NCBI GenBank assembly: GCA_964510025.1
Contig: CAZDZV010000001.1
Span: forward strand, 63,949 to 127,948
Reading direction: 5' to 3'
Length of the DNA stretch: 64,000 nt
DNA from: an uncultured Methanosarcinales archaeon
GTDB lineage: Archaea > Nanobdellota > Nanobdellia > Woesearchaeales > DATDXC01
Each line of letters starts with the position of its first letter. The first letter of the stretch is position 1. Below, piece by piece: positions 9,286 to 17,920 of the stretch. The position numbers and the translations under genes were made by a program. A model generated the notes under the pieces. The model saw nothing but the letters and a program-made list of their open reading frames with translations. It was not told the DNA's origin and searched no databases.

Positions 9286-10451
9286 CTTCCGACTTTATTC
9301 GGTAGCTTGTAGACCGTAAATTGTGGCGAATACACATCCTCAGCACCCAATCCAACTCTGGGTCCAAGACTGGTCATACCTCCTGCAAAAGACACATAAG
9401 CGACCTTTTCTTGAACTGCAAAGGCGGATGCTACACCCGTTACAGACGTTCTTGCCTGCTTTTGCTGCTGTAAAGCCTTTTCCAGCTGCTCTGTTGTGAC
9501 TATAACATGACCTTGCTGGTCGGCCAGACCATATTGTACCACAACCGGTGAACTTCCTACGGCAGATCCCCTAGGATGTGAAGCTATGTATAAAGAACCA
9601 TCAACATAGGCTAAGGCAGTTAGTCCTAGCTTTCCAGGTAACCGCTCAAGCTGATTTTGCACCCATTCCCTGGTTGATATAGCCACAATTTCATCCAATG
9701 GTTCATTCCTAATTCCTCCTGCCCCGTACAGTACACCACCAGCAAATGCTGTCCCTAAATGGGCGGCCGTGAAATATCCTTCTCTTTTTTGCAGTCGATT
9801 TAAGCGTGGTTTTGTTCCTGGTTCAAACTTCAATACCTCAAGGATATCGCTATAGGGTGTCTGCTTACTACCTGTTCTTCCACCTAAGATATATATTAAA
9901 CCGTCATCCCCTATAGTTGCAGAATGTGCGTATCTTGTTATTAAATCGGCCCCAATTGGTAAAGACTCACCTGTCTTAAGGTTCATAAGTTCCGCACTTC
10001 CTAAAACCTGTAGTTCATCCTCTTTTAAGGTATAACCCCCCAATATCAATAAATATTCATTGCCAATAGGTACAATAGCAGGTGATACTCTAGCTGTAGT
10101 CATCTGTGAGAACTCAGTCATCCTGTTTCTGCTCAGATCATATTTTTCAACAGATTTCAGAGCAGCTCTGCGAAAAGTGCTAGATTGTCTTTTCTGTCCT
10201 AGAATTTCAATCTCGCGGGTTTCTGCAACCCTAGCTAGACCACCAACTATGTAGGCGTTCTCTCCATTATTATCCCACAAGACAGCTGAATAGGCTCTTG
10301 GAGTAAGCATGCTAGCTATGGTAACTTCCAATTCAGACTGTGCCACGGGGGCTGGTGGCTGGTTGCCTCTACCCAAATCGACTGGAAGAGCAGCAAGAAC
10401 CAGCCCTAGTCCTGCTCCGCCGGCTCTTCGTAAGAATTGTCTCCTATCCAT
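9282..10451 (-). CDS. Tat-signal Kelch/beta-propeller repeat protein (galactose-oxidase-like fold)
   Basis: Twin-arginine signal MDRRQFLRRAGGAGLGLVLAALP. Repeated YxxGG/IYILGG Kelch-like blades. The stop overlaps the subtilase start (ATGA). GC is visibly higher than the neighbours. Confidence 0.65.
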   Translation of the reverse strand: MDRRQFLRRAGGAGLGLVLAALPVDLGRGNQPPAPVAQSELEVTIASMLTPRAYSAVLWDNNGENAYIVGGLARVAETREIEILGQKRQSSTFRRAALKSVEKYDLSRNRMTEFSQMTTARVSPAIVPIGNEYLLILGGYTLKEDELQVLGSAELMNLKTGESLPIGADLITRYAHSATIGDDGLIYILGGRTGSKQTPYSDILEVLKFEPGTKPRLNRLQKREGYFTAAHLGTAFAGGVLYGAGGIRNEPLDEIVAISTREWVQNQLERLPGKLGLTALAYVDGSLYIASHPRGSAVGSSPVVVQYGLADQQGHVIVTTEQLEKALQQQKQARTSVTGVASAFAVQEKVAYVSFAGGMTSLGPRVGLGAEDVYSPQFTVYKLPNKVGR

Positions 10452-10687
10452 GTAACATCACCTTCAAGAACTTGTTTATCACAACTATCGTTTTTATCCC
10501 CGGGTTAAAAGGAATGTTTTAAAGTTTATAAACTTTTTCATTATTTACTACTTAATAATGTTAACTTCCTCTAATAGAAAACAAGTGCAACCGCCTAGAT
10601 ACCGTTATCCAATTTCTGAAAGTACCTGGACTCCAAGAATAACATTCTTCTGCTATGCCCAAGAATGAAAACTTTGTGGAAATAAAA

Positions 10688-10837
10688 CGCGCCTGCGAAG
10701 ATTCGAACTCCGGACCTAATGCTTACTTCTAAAGCGAAGCTTGCACGATTGCAAAGCTTTGCTCTGAAATAGGAGGCATTCGCTCTTTTTGTCCCTGCGG
10801 CAACAGCAGCAGGAAATCCAAGCTGAGCTACAGGCGC
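10688..10837 (-). tRNA. tRNA-Arg (anticodon CCU) with two putative introns (D-loop region and canonical 37/38)
   Basis: The reverse complement folds by hand into a cloverleaf: acceptor GCGCCUG/CAGGCGC, T-arm CGGAG-UUCGAAU-CUUCG, anticodon stem AAUGC/GCAUU with loop CUCCUA+A. It is about 150 nt, so roughly 75 nt of inserts. Confidence 0.55.
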
Positions 10838-10872
10838 ATATTCAGATGTGAGCAGTATTTTATTTAAAAAGT

Positions 10873-11577
10873 TTACCTAGAAGCCTTTCTTTTTCTGGGT
10901 TTTTTCTTGTAAACATAACCTCTCAAGAATTTTACCCCCAAATAAACAAATGGTGTATCCAGAAGGGCTACGCAAACTTTCAATGCCCAATAGGGTATAA
11001 TCAGGACAAACAAATAGGCAACATTAAATTTTGGATTTGTATTCAATGCTGCTGGAACAAACGAAAAAGGAAGGTAATAAAGGGCTATAAACATAAATAC
11101 TACTGTGTCGATAAACTGGGAGATCATAGTGGAAAGGTTATTCCTAAGCCAAAGAAACTTTCCCTTGGTCTTTTCCTTCCAGAAGTTAAATGACCAGATA
11201 TCGTGCATCTGGCTTACCAAGAATGCTATGATGCTGGCAATGAAAAACCTGATGCTTATGCCGAAAACCTTAGTATATTCTTCTGCCTGCACATAACTCC
11301 TATCAGCGTACGGCAGCCAGACTGATAAGGCTGTCATAGACAAAATGAAAAACATAGACAAGAAGCCTACCCATACGAATTGCTTTGTTTTTTCTTTGCC
11401 GTGCACTTCTGCTATGACATCTGTAATAAGAAAGGTCAGGGGATAGGCGAAAATTCCGACTGAGAATTGGACAAAACCTAGCTGTGCAATCTTTGAACCG
11501 AGCAGACTAGCTGCAACCAAAGAAGATGCAAATAACCCCAAAAAAAGATTTGTCTTGGTTTCCAGGTTCCACCTCAT
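10873..11577 (-). CDS. VUT/YhhQ-family membrane transporter (putative queuosine/7-deazaguanine precursor transporter)
   Basis: Multi-TM protein with YPLTFLITDVIAEVHGK, matching the conserved YhhQ/COG1738 ITD..E.YG block. A paralog is at 21000-21713. Confidence 0.6.
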   Translation of the reverse strand: MRWNLETKTNLFLGLFASSLVAASLLGSKIAQLGFVQFSVGIFAYPLTFLITDVIAEVHGKEKTKQFVWVGFLSMFFILSMTALSVWLPYADRSYVQAEEYTKVFGISIRFFIASIIAFLVSQMHDIWSFNFWKEKTKGKFLWLRNNLSTMISQFIDTVVFMFIALYYLPFSFVPAALNTNPKFNVAYLFVLIIPYWALKVCVALLDTPFVYLGVKFLRGYVYKKKPRKRKASR

Positions 11578-11598
11578 AACAAAACCGAGTTTTATGGC

Positions 11599-12369
11599 TT
11601 ATTTATAATCTTTTCTGTTAGATTTTATAAAGAAGATAAGGGCGCTGACAAATATAAGCAGATAGACTATCTGCTCTATAGTAAGCCCAAGGATAAAGCC
11701 ATATTGGTCTGCAATCTTAAAGAAACCTAGCAAAAACCTTGACAGTGAATACAGAAGCAGAAAGACCAGCAACATGGTTCCAGTCTTGCTCTTTCTTTTA
11801 GTAAGACTTAAGAGAAATAAGAAAATCATAAACAAAGCTATACTATTATAAAGCTGGACCGGATGCCGAAATCCTGCGTGAGACGGGAATTTGACAGCCC
11901 ATGGCACTGATGCTAATCTTCCTACAAATTCACTGTTGATGAAATTAGCTATCCTGCCCAAAGCTAATGCCAGAGGAAGAGGGACCACACATATGTCCAT
12001 CATCCTAAAAAAGTCCATCTTTTTTTTCTTGCAGTAAATATACAGAGCTACGATAGCGCCCAGAAAGCCGCCCAGAAATATTAGTCCGCCTTCCCAGACA
12101 GCCAATATCTTAAGAGGATTTCTGATAAAGTAAGGAATATTGTAGAAAACGAAAAAAAGCCTCGCACCTGATACTGTGCCAACTATCAAATAGAATATAA
12201 GGTCCATAATCTCATCCTTATCCAGATCTATCTTTTTCCGGCTGACTAAGTTCCTGATCATGAAATACGCGATTATGAAACCCAAAGCATAGATTACGCC
12301 ATAATACCTAATCTCCAGAAATCCAATTTTCAAAAGAGTTGGATTAATGCTATGGATGAACACCTTCAA
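11599..12369 (-). CDS. lgt: Prolipoprotein diacylglyceryl transferase homolog
   Basis: Blocks align with E. coli Lgt. YGVIYALGFIIAY corresponds to YGLMYLVGFIFAM. GARLFFVFYN...ILAVWEGGLIFLGGFLGA corresponds to GGRIGYVLFYN...FRVWDGGMSFHGGLIG. LGRIANFINSEFVGR corresponds to AGRLGNFINGELWGR. HPVQLYN corresponds to HPSQLYE. Confidence 0.8.
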   Translation of the reverse strand: MKVFIHSINPTLLKIGFLEIRYYGVIYALGFIIAYFMIRNLVSRKKIDLDKDEIMDLIFYLIVGTVSGARLFFVFYNIPYFIRNPLKILAVWEGGLIFLGGFLGAIVALYIYCKKKKMDFFRMMDICVVPLPLALALGRIANFINSEFVGRLASVPWAVKFPSHAGFRHPVQLYNSIALFMIFLFLLSLTKRKSKTGTMLLVFLLLYSLSRFLLGFFKIADQYGFILGLTIEQIVYLLIFVSALIFFIKSNRKDYK

Positions 12370-13109
12370 ATCCTCTTGATTATTAGATATGCATATAGCC
12401 TATTTATGAAGTGCATGGCATATAAAAAAAACACGCTGATAGCTGCAAATAAATATTTCAACAAACCGGCTGCCTTCAGAGAGCCGAAAGAGAATAGCAG
12501 GCTGAATACTACAGCTGCACACGAAAATACCAGCACCCCATAGTACCTGTCTACTCTCTTGACTGCTGAAATCGTCTTGCTCAGTATTTTGATAAGGCTG
12601 TCCTCTTTTATAGACAGCGAGTGTGCAAAATTTATGAATAAATAAAGAGCCACTCCATACAGGATAAGGAAAAAAGTAGCAAGAGCCTGAAAAAAAGAGT
12701 TTTTGAACAAAAAAAATACCAAAATATTTACAAAGAAGAAAACAGCTAATGCGCATACGATGATTATCAGGTTTAGAAGAAATAATTTCTTGAGATTCAG
12801 CCTCGGTTTCTTCTTGTCATAAAGACCGATTCTCTGCAGTATGAGAGCCTTGAATAGACTATATATAAAAACAAGGAATAGATTGTAGCATAGAAAAAAC
12901 AGCAAAAAGAAGTATATGCCTGAGGTCCTCACATAATTCTGAATTTGATCAGGGTTACCTGGGAGGTATTGTCGAATCAACCATCCGATGGATGCCAATA
13001 TTCCCAAAAAAAGCGCATCAAATAAGAAAATAACAAAGAAATTATTTGGCTTGTGCTTTATAAGTTCCAGGCTCTTGTAAAAAACAGATTCTTTTATTGC
13101 CCAGACCAT
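12366..13109 (-). CDS. Polytopic membrane protein, function unknown
   Basis: 247 aa and highly hydrophobic (F/L/I rich) with several predicted TM helices. It overlaps lgt by 4 bp, consistent with an operon. Confidence 0.4.
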   Translation of the reverse strand: MVWAIKESVFYKSLELIKHKPNNFFVIFLFDALFLGILASIGWLIRQYLPGNPDQIQNYVRTSGIYFFLLFFLCYNLFLVFIYSLFKALILQRIGLYDKKKPRLNLKKLFLLNLIIIVCALAVFFFVNILVFFLFKNSFFQALATFFLILYGVALYLFINFAHSLSIKEDSLIKILSKTISAVKRVDRYYGVLVFSCAAVVFSLLFSFGSLKAAGLLKYLFAAISVFFLYAMHFINRLYAYLIIKRI

Positions 13110-13110
13110 A

Positions 13111-14127
13111 TTAGCATTGTCCTGTAGCAGGCGAGTCGGTTACCTCATAGCCAAAACCAGGGCTTGGTGTTTCTGCAGCTAGTTCCTGGCTGCATTCTTC
13201 TGGAGGCTCTATGAAGCTATTGCAGATTGTGGCTAAATAAGCTGCTGGAGACCTGCCGCTGCTAGCCATCTTCCCGTTTATAACAAGCGATGGTGAACCA
13301 CGAATCCCATACTCATCGTTCTCTTCATCATGTATTGAGAAAGGCGGAAACCTTGTTTCCCATGATGCCTGATCGTTCAGGGTCTCTGTAATCTTATATT
13401 CTTCATCAGTAGCTTCTGTGCAGCCCTCTAACTTAGCTGTATCGATGGATGCTTCTTCTATGCATTCTTCTGAATTGCCTTCTTTTAAGAAACATTTCAG
13501 GTAATCCAGAAATTTATCTGGCTCTTCCTTATCTATGCAATATTGCTGCAGCTGTTCATTCACTTCCACTTCTCCGTGCATTGCATAATTAACAAACTTA
13601 AGTTCAAAATCGATCTTATCGCCCAAAAGCTCTACAACAGGAATGATACCTTTCTCTGACTGTGTCCCATAAGGACAGTGCGACATTACAAATAATTCCA
13701 CAGTCGGCTTTTCTGATTTGACAGCGGCCGGCTCTTGAGTAGCTGAAGTAGGATCCTGAGTTGGTTGTTCTGCCTGTTCTGTCATATCTATAACAGTTGG
13801 AAAAAGAAGTTTGCCGTCTTTTGTAACATATGAATCATACTCATTTCCGGCTATATCCAGCTTCACGTTGTAAAGGTCAGAGTTTTCCTCAACACCTAGC
13901 TGCTTCGCGCTTACACCTGGCTGCATGAGATTAGTATTTATGTAGCTTATTGCCTTATCGGCAGCCTCTTCCGGAGAAAGAACCTGCCCGGCTGATGCAG
14001 GTGAATTGAAATTGAAATATAAAGAAACAATTAACAGTATTGCCAAGATAGTGGTGGTAGACTTCCATATTTCGCTCTTTTTAATCCTGACATTCTTGTG
14101 ATGATGTTCATGTTTTTTAGATTCCAT
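13111..14127 (-). CDS. Membrane-anchored extracytoplasmic thioredoxin-fold (DsbA-like) protein
   Basis: N-terminal TM anchor. Contains SHCPYG (degenerate CxxC) and a C-terminal GSPSLVINGK that resembles the DsbA cis-Pro loop GTPTFVING. The extracellular part is Cys-rich. Confidence 0.4.
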   Translation of the reverse strand: MESKKHEHHHKNVRIKKSEIWKSTTTILAILLIVSLYFNFNSPASAGQVLSPEEAADKAISYINTNLMQPGVSAKQLGVEENSDLYNVKLDIAGNEYDSYVTKDGKLLFPTVIDMTEQAEQPTQDPTSATQEPAAVKSEKPTVELFVMSHCPYGTQSEKGIIPVVELLGDKIDFELKFVNYAMHGEVEVNEQLQQYCIDKEEPDKFLDYLKCFLKEGNSEECIEEASIDTAKLEGCTEATDEEYKITETLNDQASWETRFPPFSIHDEENDEYGIRGSPSLVINGKMASSGRSPAAYLATICNSFIEPPEECSQELAAETPSPGFGYEVTDSPATGQC

Positions 14128-14184
14128 AAAAATACCCCCCTATTTTTATTTCTGGTGAATTGCGATAGTATTTAAATGTTACCT

Positions 14185-14397
14185 TTATATTGTTTTGTTT
14201 TTAGACGAATATTTAGTCACTTTTCTGGCTGTTAGGTCTTTAATTCCGCTTTCCAGCAACCCAAGATCATAAGCTGAACCACATTCGGGGCATATGAAGA
14301 TCACAAGAAATTTACTACCTTTTTTTGTGAATGATGTATGAAATCCCCTTTCGTATCCGCAATTAGAACATACTCTAAACTCGTTCAAATGTGTCAC
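14185..14397 (-). CDS. Small zinc-ribbon protein
   Basis: 70 aa with CSNCG...CPECG (two CxxC pairs). Confidence 0.4.
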   Translation of the reverse strand: MTHLNEFRVCSNCGYERGFHTSFTKKGSKFLVIFICPECGSAYDLGLLESGIKDLTARKVTKYSSKNKTI

Positions 14398-14481
14398 CTG
14401 CCGTATTCAACGCATTCTGCATATGTGTCTGCTAGCACAATCCGCACCATTGTCATAGCCTTCAAATGTGGACCATACATC

Positions 14482-14847
14482 CTATCCCACTTTTATCTCT
14501 TTTGAATATTCCCATAATCCATGGAGATTGCACCTTATCTTTGCTTTCAGGACATGACTTTCATTCAGGCTTATATTAAGCGTCACCTTGGGTGAACCTA
14601 CAACCGGAATAAGATCTGCCCTGCTTATGAACAGGTCGTCTGCTGACAGTTCAATCCATTCTATATAGTGGGTATTCAGATTTGGATGCTGCAGTAGTTT
14701 GCCTACTTCTATTGTAACCGCAAATTGCTCCCCTTGATTCACCTTGTCCGGGCATTCTATTATTGGAATGTGCTTTTTTTCTAGGTCTTCAAGATTATCC
14801 ATATCTTTCGGCCTATTTATCTTCAAAAAAAGATTTTCTTCTGCCAT
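14482..14847 (-). CDS. sor: Superoxide reductase (neelaredoxin-type)
   Basis: KKHIPIIECP and HPNLNTHYIEWIEL match the SOR EKHVPVIE and H..E.HYI.WIEL blocks. The start is taken at the internal Met (MAEENLF) just after the upstream stop at 14852. The long ORF extension is probably spurious. Confidence 0.7.
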   Translation of the reverse strand: MAEENLFLKINRPKDMDNLEDLEKKHIPIIECPDKVNQGEQFAVTIEVGKLLQHPNLNTHYIEWIELSADDLFISRADLIPVVGSPKVTLNISLNESHVLKAKIRCNLHGLWEYSKEIKVG

Positions 14848-14851
14848 GGTA

Positions 14852-15355
14852 TCATCCTCCGTCTGCGATCCATTTTTCTTCTTTGCTGTAGAAACCCTCG
14901 GGATCCTTGATAAATTGGTAAGCCTTATCAATGAGCTCATAATGCGCATTTTCCTGAGCCATAATCCATTTAAAGAACTCCTTAAGCTTTTGGTCATCTG
15001 CTGCTTCATACTGTTGCTTATAGAAGTCATAGGACTTTTTCTCCAATTCAAGCCCGGTTTCATGTGCCTTTAGGTCATCTTCACTCAGCTCTGTTTTTTC
15101 CTTGAACTCCCTGATAGTCATGGAAAAAAACTGCTTGGTCTGCTCAAGCTTGTCTCCTTTCAACTCAATCTGCTTTGTTTTCATATAGCCTTTAAGTTCA
15201 TCTATATGATTTAGCTCTTCGTCAGCAAGATAGCTGAATGTTTTTTCCACAATTGGATTATCGGTAGTCTCTGCTGCTTTTGTATATATGCTATGCCCTT
15301 TTTCCTCAAAATCAATAGCTGTCTTCAGTGCTGTTTTCAAGTCCATTTTATTCAC
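14852..15355 (-). CDS. Rubrerythrin/ferritin-like diiron protein (no rubredoxin domain)
   Basis: Paired E..H motifs: EEKGHSIY, EELNHIDEL, AQENAHYELI. Confidence 0.55.
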   Translation of the reverse strand: MNKMDLKTALKTAIDFEEKGHSIYTKAAETTDNPIVEKTFSYLADEELNHIDELKGYMKTKQIELKGDKLEQTKQFFSMTIREFKEKTELSEDDLKAHETGLELEKKSYDFYKQQYEAADDQKLKEFFKWIMAQENAHYELIDKAYQFIKDPEGFYSKEEKWIADGG

Positions 15356-15397
15356 CTCATTCGGCTGTAGGTAGATATGATTTAATAAGCTTTTGTT

Positions 15398-15886
15398 CTA
15401 TTTTCTCTCCCCCAGAGCTCGGTCCAGCATAAGCAGGCCCTGAGGTGAGTCTTTTATCATCTTAAGCTTCTGGACTATCGCATCGGTCTGCTCTTCTTCT
15501 TCAACCTGCTCGTCCACAAACCACTGCAGCATGGAAAAGGCAGGCTTGTCGTCTTCTTCTTGTGCGAGGTCAACTAAGCTGCTAATCATTCCAGTTACCT
15601 TTACCTCATGGTCGTATACTGCCTGAAAGGCTTCAAGGGGAGATTTCCAGCTTTTAGGGGGCGCATCTATCTTATCTAGAACAACTGCCCCACCCCTTTC
15701 TACAATATGCTTATAGAATCTCATAGCATGCTCCTGCTCCTCCTTCGCCTGCTGCCTCATCCAGCCTGCAAATCCACCCAGGTTAAGGGATTCGAAGTAT
15801 GCAGACATAGACAGGTACATATATCCTGAATATAGCTCTGCATTTATCTGCTTGTTAAGTTCTTGTTCTATTTTTTTGCCTATCAT
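15398..15886 (-). CDS. ftn: Ferritin
   Basis: NAELYSGYMYLSMSAYFES...QEEQEHAMRFYKHIVERGG is a ferritin-like diiron helix bundle, about 160 aa. Confidence 0.7.
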   Translation of the reverse strand: MIGKKIEQELNKQINAELYSGYMYLSMSAYFESLNLGGFAGWMRQQAKEEQEHAMRFYKHIVERGGAVVLDKIDAPPKSWKSPLEAFQAVYDHEVKVTGMISSLVDLAQEEDDKPAFSMLQWFVDEQVEEEEQTDAIVQKLKMIKDSPQGLLMLDRALGERK

Positions 15887-16469
15887 TTTTTTTTACCTCC
15901 TCAAATATGCCTTCAAAGACTATATCTTTAAGGCCTTTCCTATCAGATGGGAATTCCTCCTGCTGTAGCTGCTCTGGAAGATCTTCCTTTTTACCTGGTT
16001 TTCCAATAGCAATCATAGCCTCTATTGCATAGGCCCCTGGCAGATTGATAACATCCCTTGCTTTCTCATAATCAAATCCTTGCATACCATGTGCGACAAC
16101 CCCAATTTTTGAGGCTTGCAGAGCCAAATTTTCCCATGCGGCGCCGGTATCGAATGAATGAGTAATAGACGGCCGCCCATCATAATCAAAGGTTTTTTTT
16201 GACGCCACAACAGCCAGGACTGCTGCCTTCCTAGCCCAGATTTTGTTTCCCTCTGTCAGCAAACTGAAGAAATCATCCCAGTAGCCAGTCCCTTTTCTAG
16301 CATATATGAATCGCCAAGGTTGATTATTATAGGAAGAAGGAGCCCATTTTGCTGCTTCAAATAGACTCATCAGCTCTCTATCTTCCAATGGCTCTTCAGA
16401 TAAAGCTCTAGGAGACCACCTATCAAGAAATATGTGTTCAATTTGGTATTCGGGTTTTCTCATCCTCAA
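15855..16469 (-). CDS. Nitroreductase-family NAD(P)H oxidoreductase
   Basis: RWSPRALSEEPLEDRELMSLFEAAKWAPSSYNNQPWRFIY is the nitroreductase FMN-binding signature. Confidence 0.75.
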   Translation of the reverse strand: MRMRKPEYQIEHIFLDRWSPRALSEEPLEDRELMSLFEAAKWAPSSYNNQPWRFIYARKGTGYWDDFFSLLTEGNKIWARKAAVLAVVASKKTFDYDGRPSITHSFDTGAAWENLALQASKIGVVAHGMQGFDYEKARDVINLPGAYAIEAMIAIGKPGKKEDLPEQLQQEEFPSDRKGLKDIVFEGIFEEVKKNDRQKNRTRT

Positions 16470-17062
16470 TAGTTCCTCTTGTGCAACAATATCCTGTTTA
16501 TATCATGAGTATCATCCGGCATCTCAGCTGGCTGGTTTGCCAACTCATCATAAGGATTGGATATAGGTGAATCGGCCTCTGGCTCTGGCTGGTACAGATT
16601 TACGGAACCAGTCATATAGGATCCTTCCAGGCTCCTTATCCCGTAGGAATTGGCCACATCAGACTGCGAAATCCTTGCTTTATAGAAATTAGCACCACCA
16701 AAGTCCGAGCCTGATAGGTTTGTACCTACAATCCTAGAATAGGAGAAATCCGAGCCGCCAATGTCTAATCCGCTAAAATCCGAACCCGAAATATCCATGC
16801 CTGTAAAATTTGTATCTCTAAGGCTATTTCCTGTGAGATTAACTTTCCGTATGTTACTGTCAATTTCTTCCGCATGTCCCAGATTCCTAATGATAATCTC
16901 GTTTAATCTTCCTTTGTTATCTATTGATATCTGAATTGTACCGGAGAGTCTGCCCTTCCGCAGTTTTTCTATCAGTTCATTGATTGTTTTTGTGTCCATA
17001 TTAAATAGTAAGCTGCAACTGCTTATAATAGCTCCTGTCTTTGCGCCTGTTTTTCCTGACAC
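16466..17062 (-). CDS. Pentapeptide-repeat protein
   Basis: Tandem A(D/N)LSG-type pentapeptides: NLTGNSLRDTNFTGMDISGSDFSGLDIGGSDFSYSRIVGTNLSGSDFGGANF. Confidence 0.7.
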   Translation of the reverse strand: MSGKTGAKTGAIISSCSLLFNMDTKTINELIEKLRKGRLSGTIQISIDNKGRLNEIIIRNLGHAEEIDSNIRKVNLTGNSLRDTNFTGMDISGSDFSGLDIGGSDFSYSRIVGTNLSGSDFGGANFYKARISQSDVANSYGIRSLEGSYMTGSVNLYQPEPEADSPISNPYDELANQPAEMPDDTHDINRILLHKRNY

Positions 17063-17359
17063 TTCAGACAGTAGTATAATGCCGCTGCATCCTTTTCCCC
17101 TAGTTTTTTGTTACACAACCTACAGTGTTTATTCATCTTGACCTCCAAGAAAAAGAAAAAAAATATTTAAAGCTTTTAGCAACATCCGCCTCCTCCCATT
17201 TTCTACTCACCTCCGCAGATAATCAACTGCCTTTTCTTCAGTATAAAGTATCATAATGTTATATAAATTTAGTTACTATAATAAATAAACATATATTATA
17301 ATTTTTTTATAATTTATAGTAAAATATATAAATATTCTTCTACTTCTCTATAATTTATA
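17063..17359. promoter_or_regulatory. AT-rich divergent intergenic region with TATA-like boxes
   Basis: About 300 bp at over 75% AT between divergent genes. Contains aaaatatataaatatt and tttataa immediately upstream of the ATG at 17360 (leaderless-type). Confidence 0.3.
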
Positions 17360-17920
17360 ATGAAGAATGAAATGAACTTCCAAAAAATCGAGGATTTTAA
17401 GAAAAAGATACAAATAAATGAAAAACTAGGATTGGATAGGAAAGATAATATGATTTTATCCCTTATCCAAAATAAACCCAACATATCTCAGATAGAAATC
17501 GGGGAGAAGATAAAATTATCGCAGCCATCTGTCGGGGCAAGGTTAAGGAAGCTAAGGGATAGAGGCATATTATGCCTCAACAGCGGGATGAATTTCAAGA
17601 CAGTTGACCTGAAATTAGCTAAGATAGACATAAACGCAAGCAATATCCAAGCGGTCTTGGGAGAATTTAAGGACTGCCCTTTCTTTATCAATGCGCTTAT
17701 AACTTCCGGCAGATACAATCTGGTGCTGTTCTTTGCTGCGACAGACCTAAAAAGGCTTGAGGGCATAGTCAACTGTCACCTCAGGGACAACCCTAAAGTG
17801 AAAGATATTGAACTTAACGTAGTGATATCTGTAGATAGAGACCTTATCCTGCCACTGAACATAGATTATGAAAACAAAAACCAGATAAACTGCGAGCAGA
17901 AGTGCGCTGACCTTATCTAG
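17360..17920 (+). CDS. Lrp/AsnC-family transcriptional regulator
   Basis: HTH ISQIEIGEKIKLSQPSVGARLRKLRDRGIL followed by a RAM-like C-terminal domain. Confidence 0.55.
   Translation: MKNEMNFQKIEDFKKKIQINEKLGLDRKDNMILSLIQNKPNISQIEIGEKIKLSQPSVGARLRKLRDRGILCLNSGMNFKTVDLKLAKIDINASNIQAVLGEFKDCPFFINALITSGRYNLVLFFAATDLKRLEGIVNCHLRDNPKVKDIELNVVISVDRDLILPLNIDYENKNQINCEQKCADLI

Noticed and set aside
14848-15063. N-terminal 72-aa extension of the superoxide reductase ORF
   Set aside because: The extension overlaps the upstream rubrerythrin-like gene and is low-complexity S/R-rich. The conserved SOR core begins at the internal Met at 14847.
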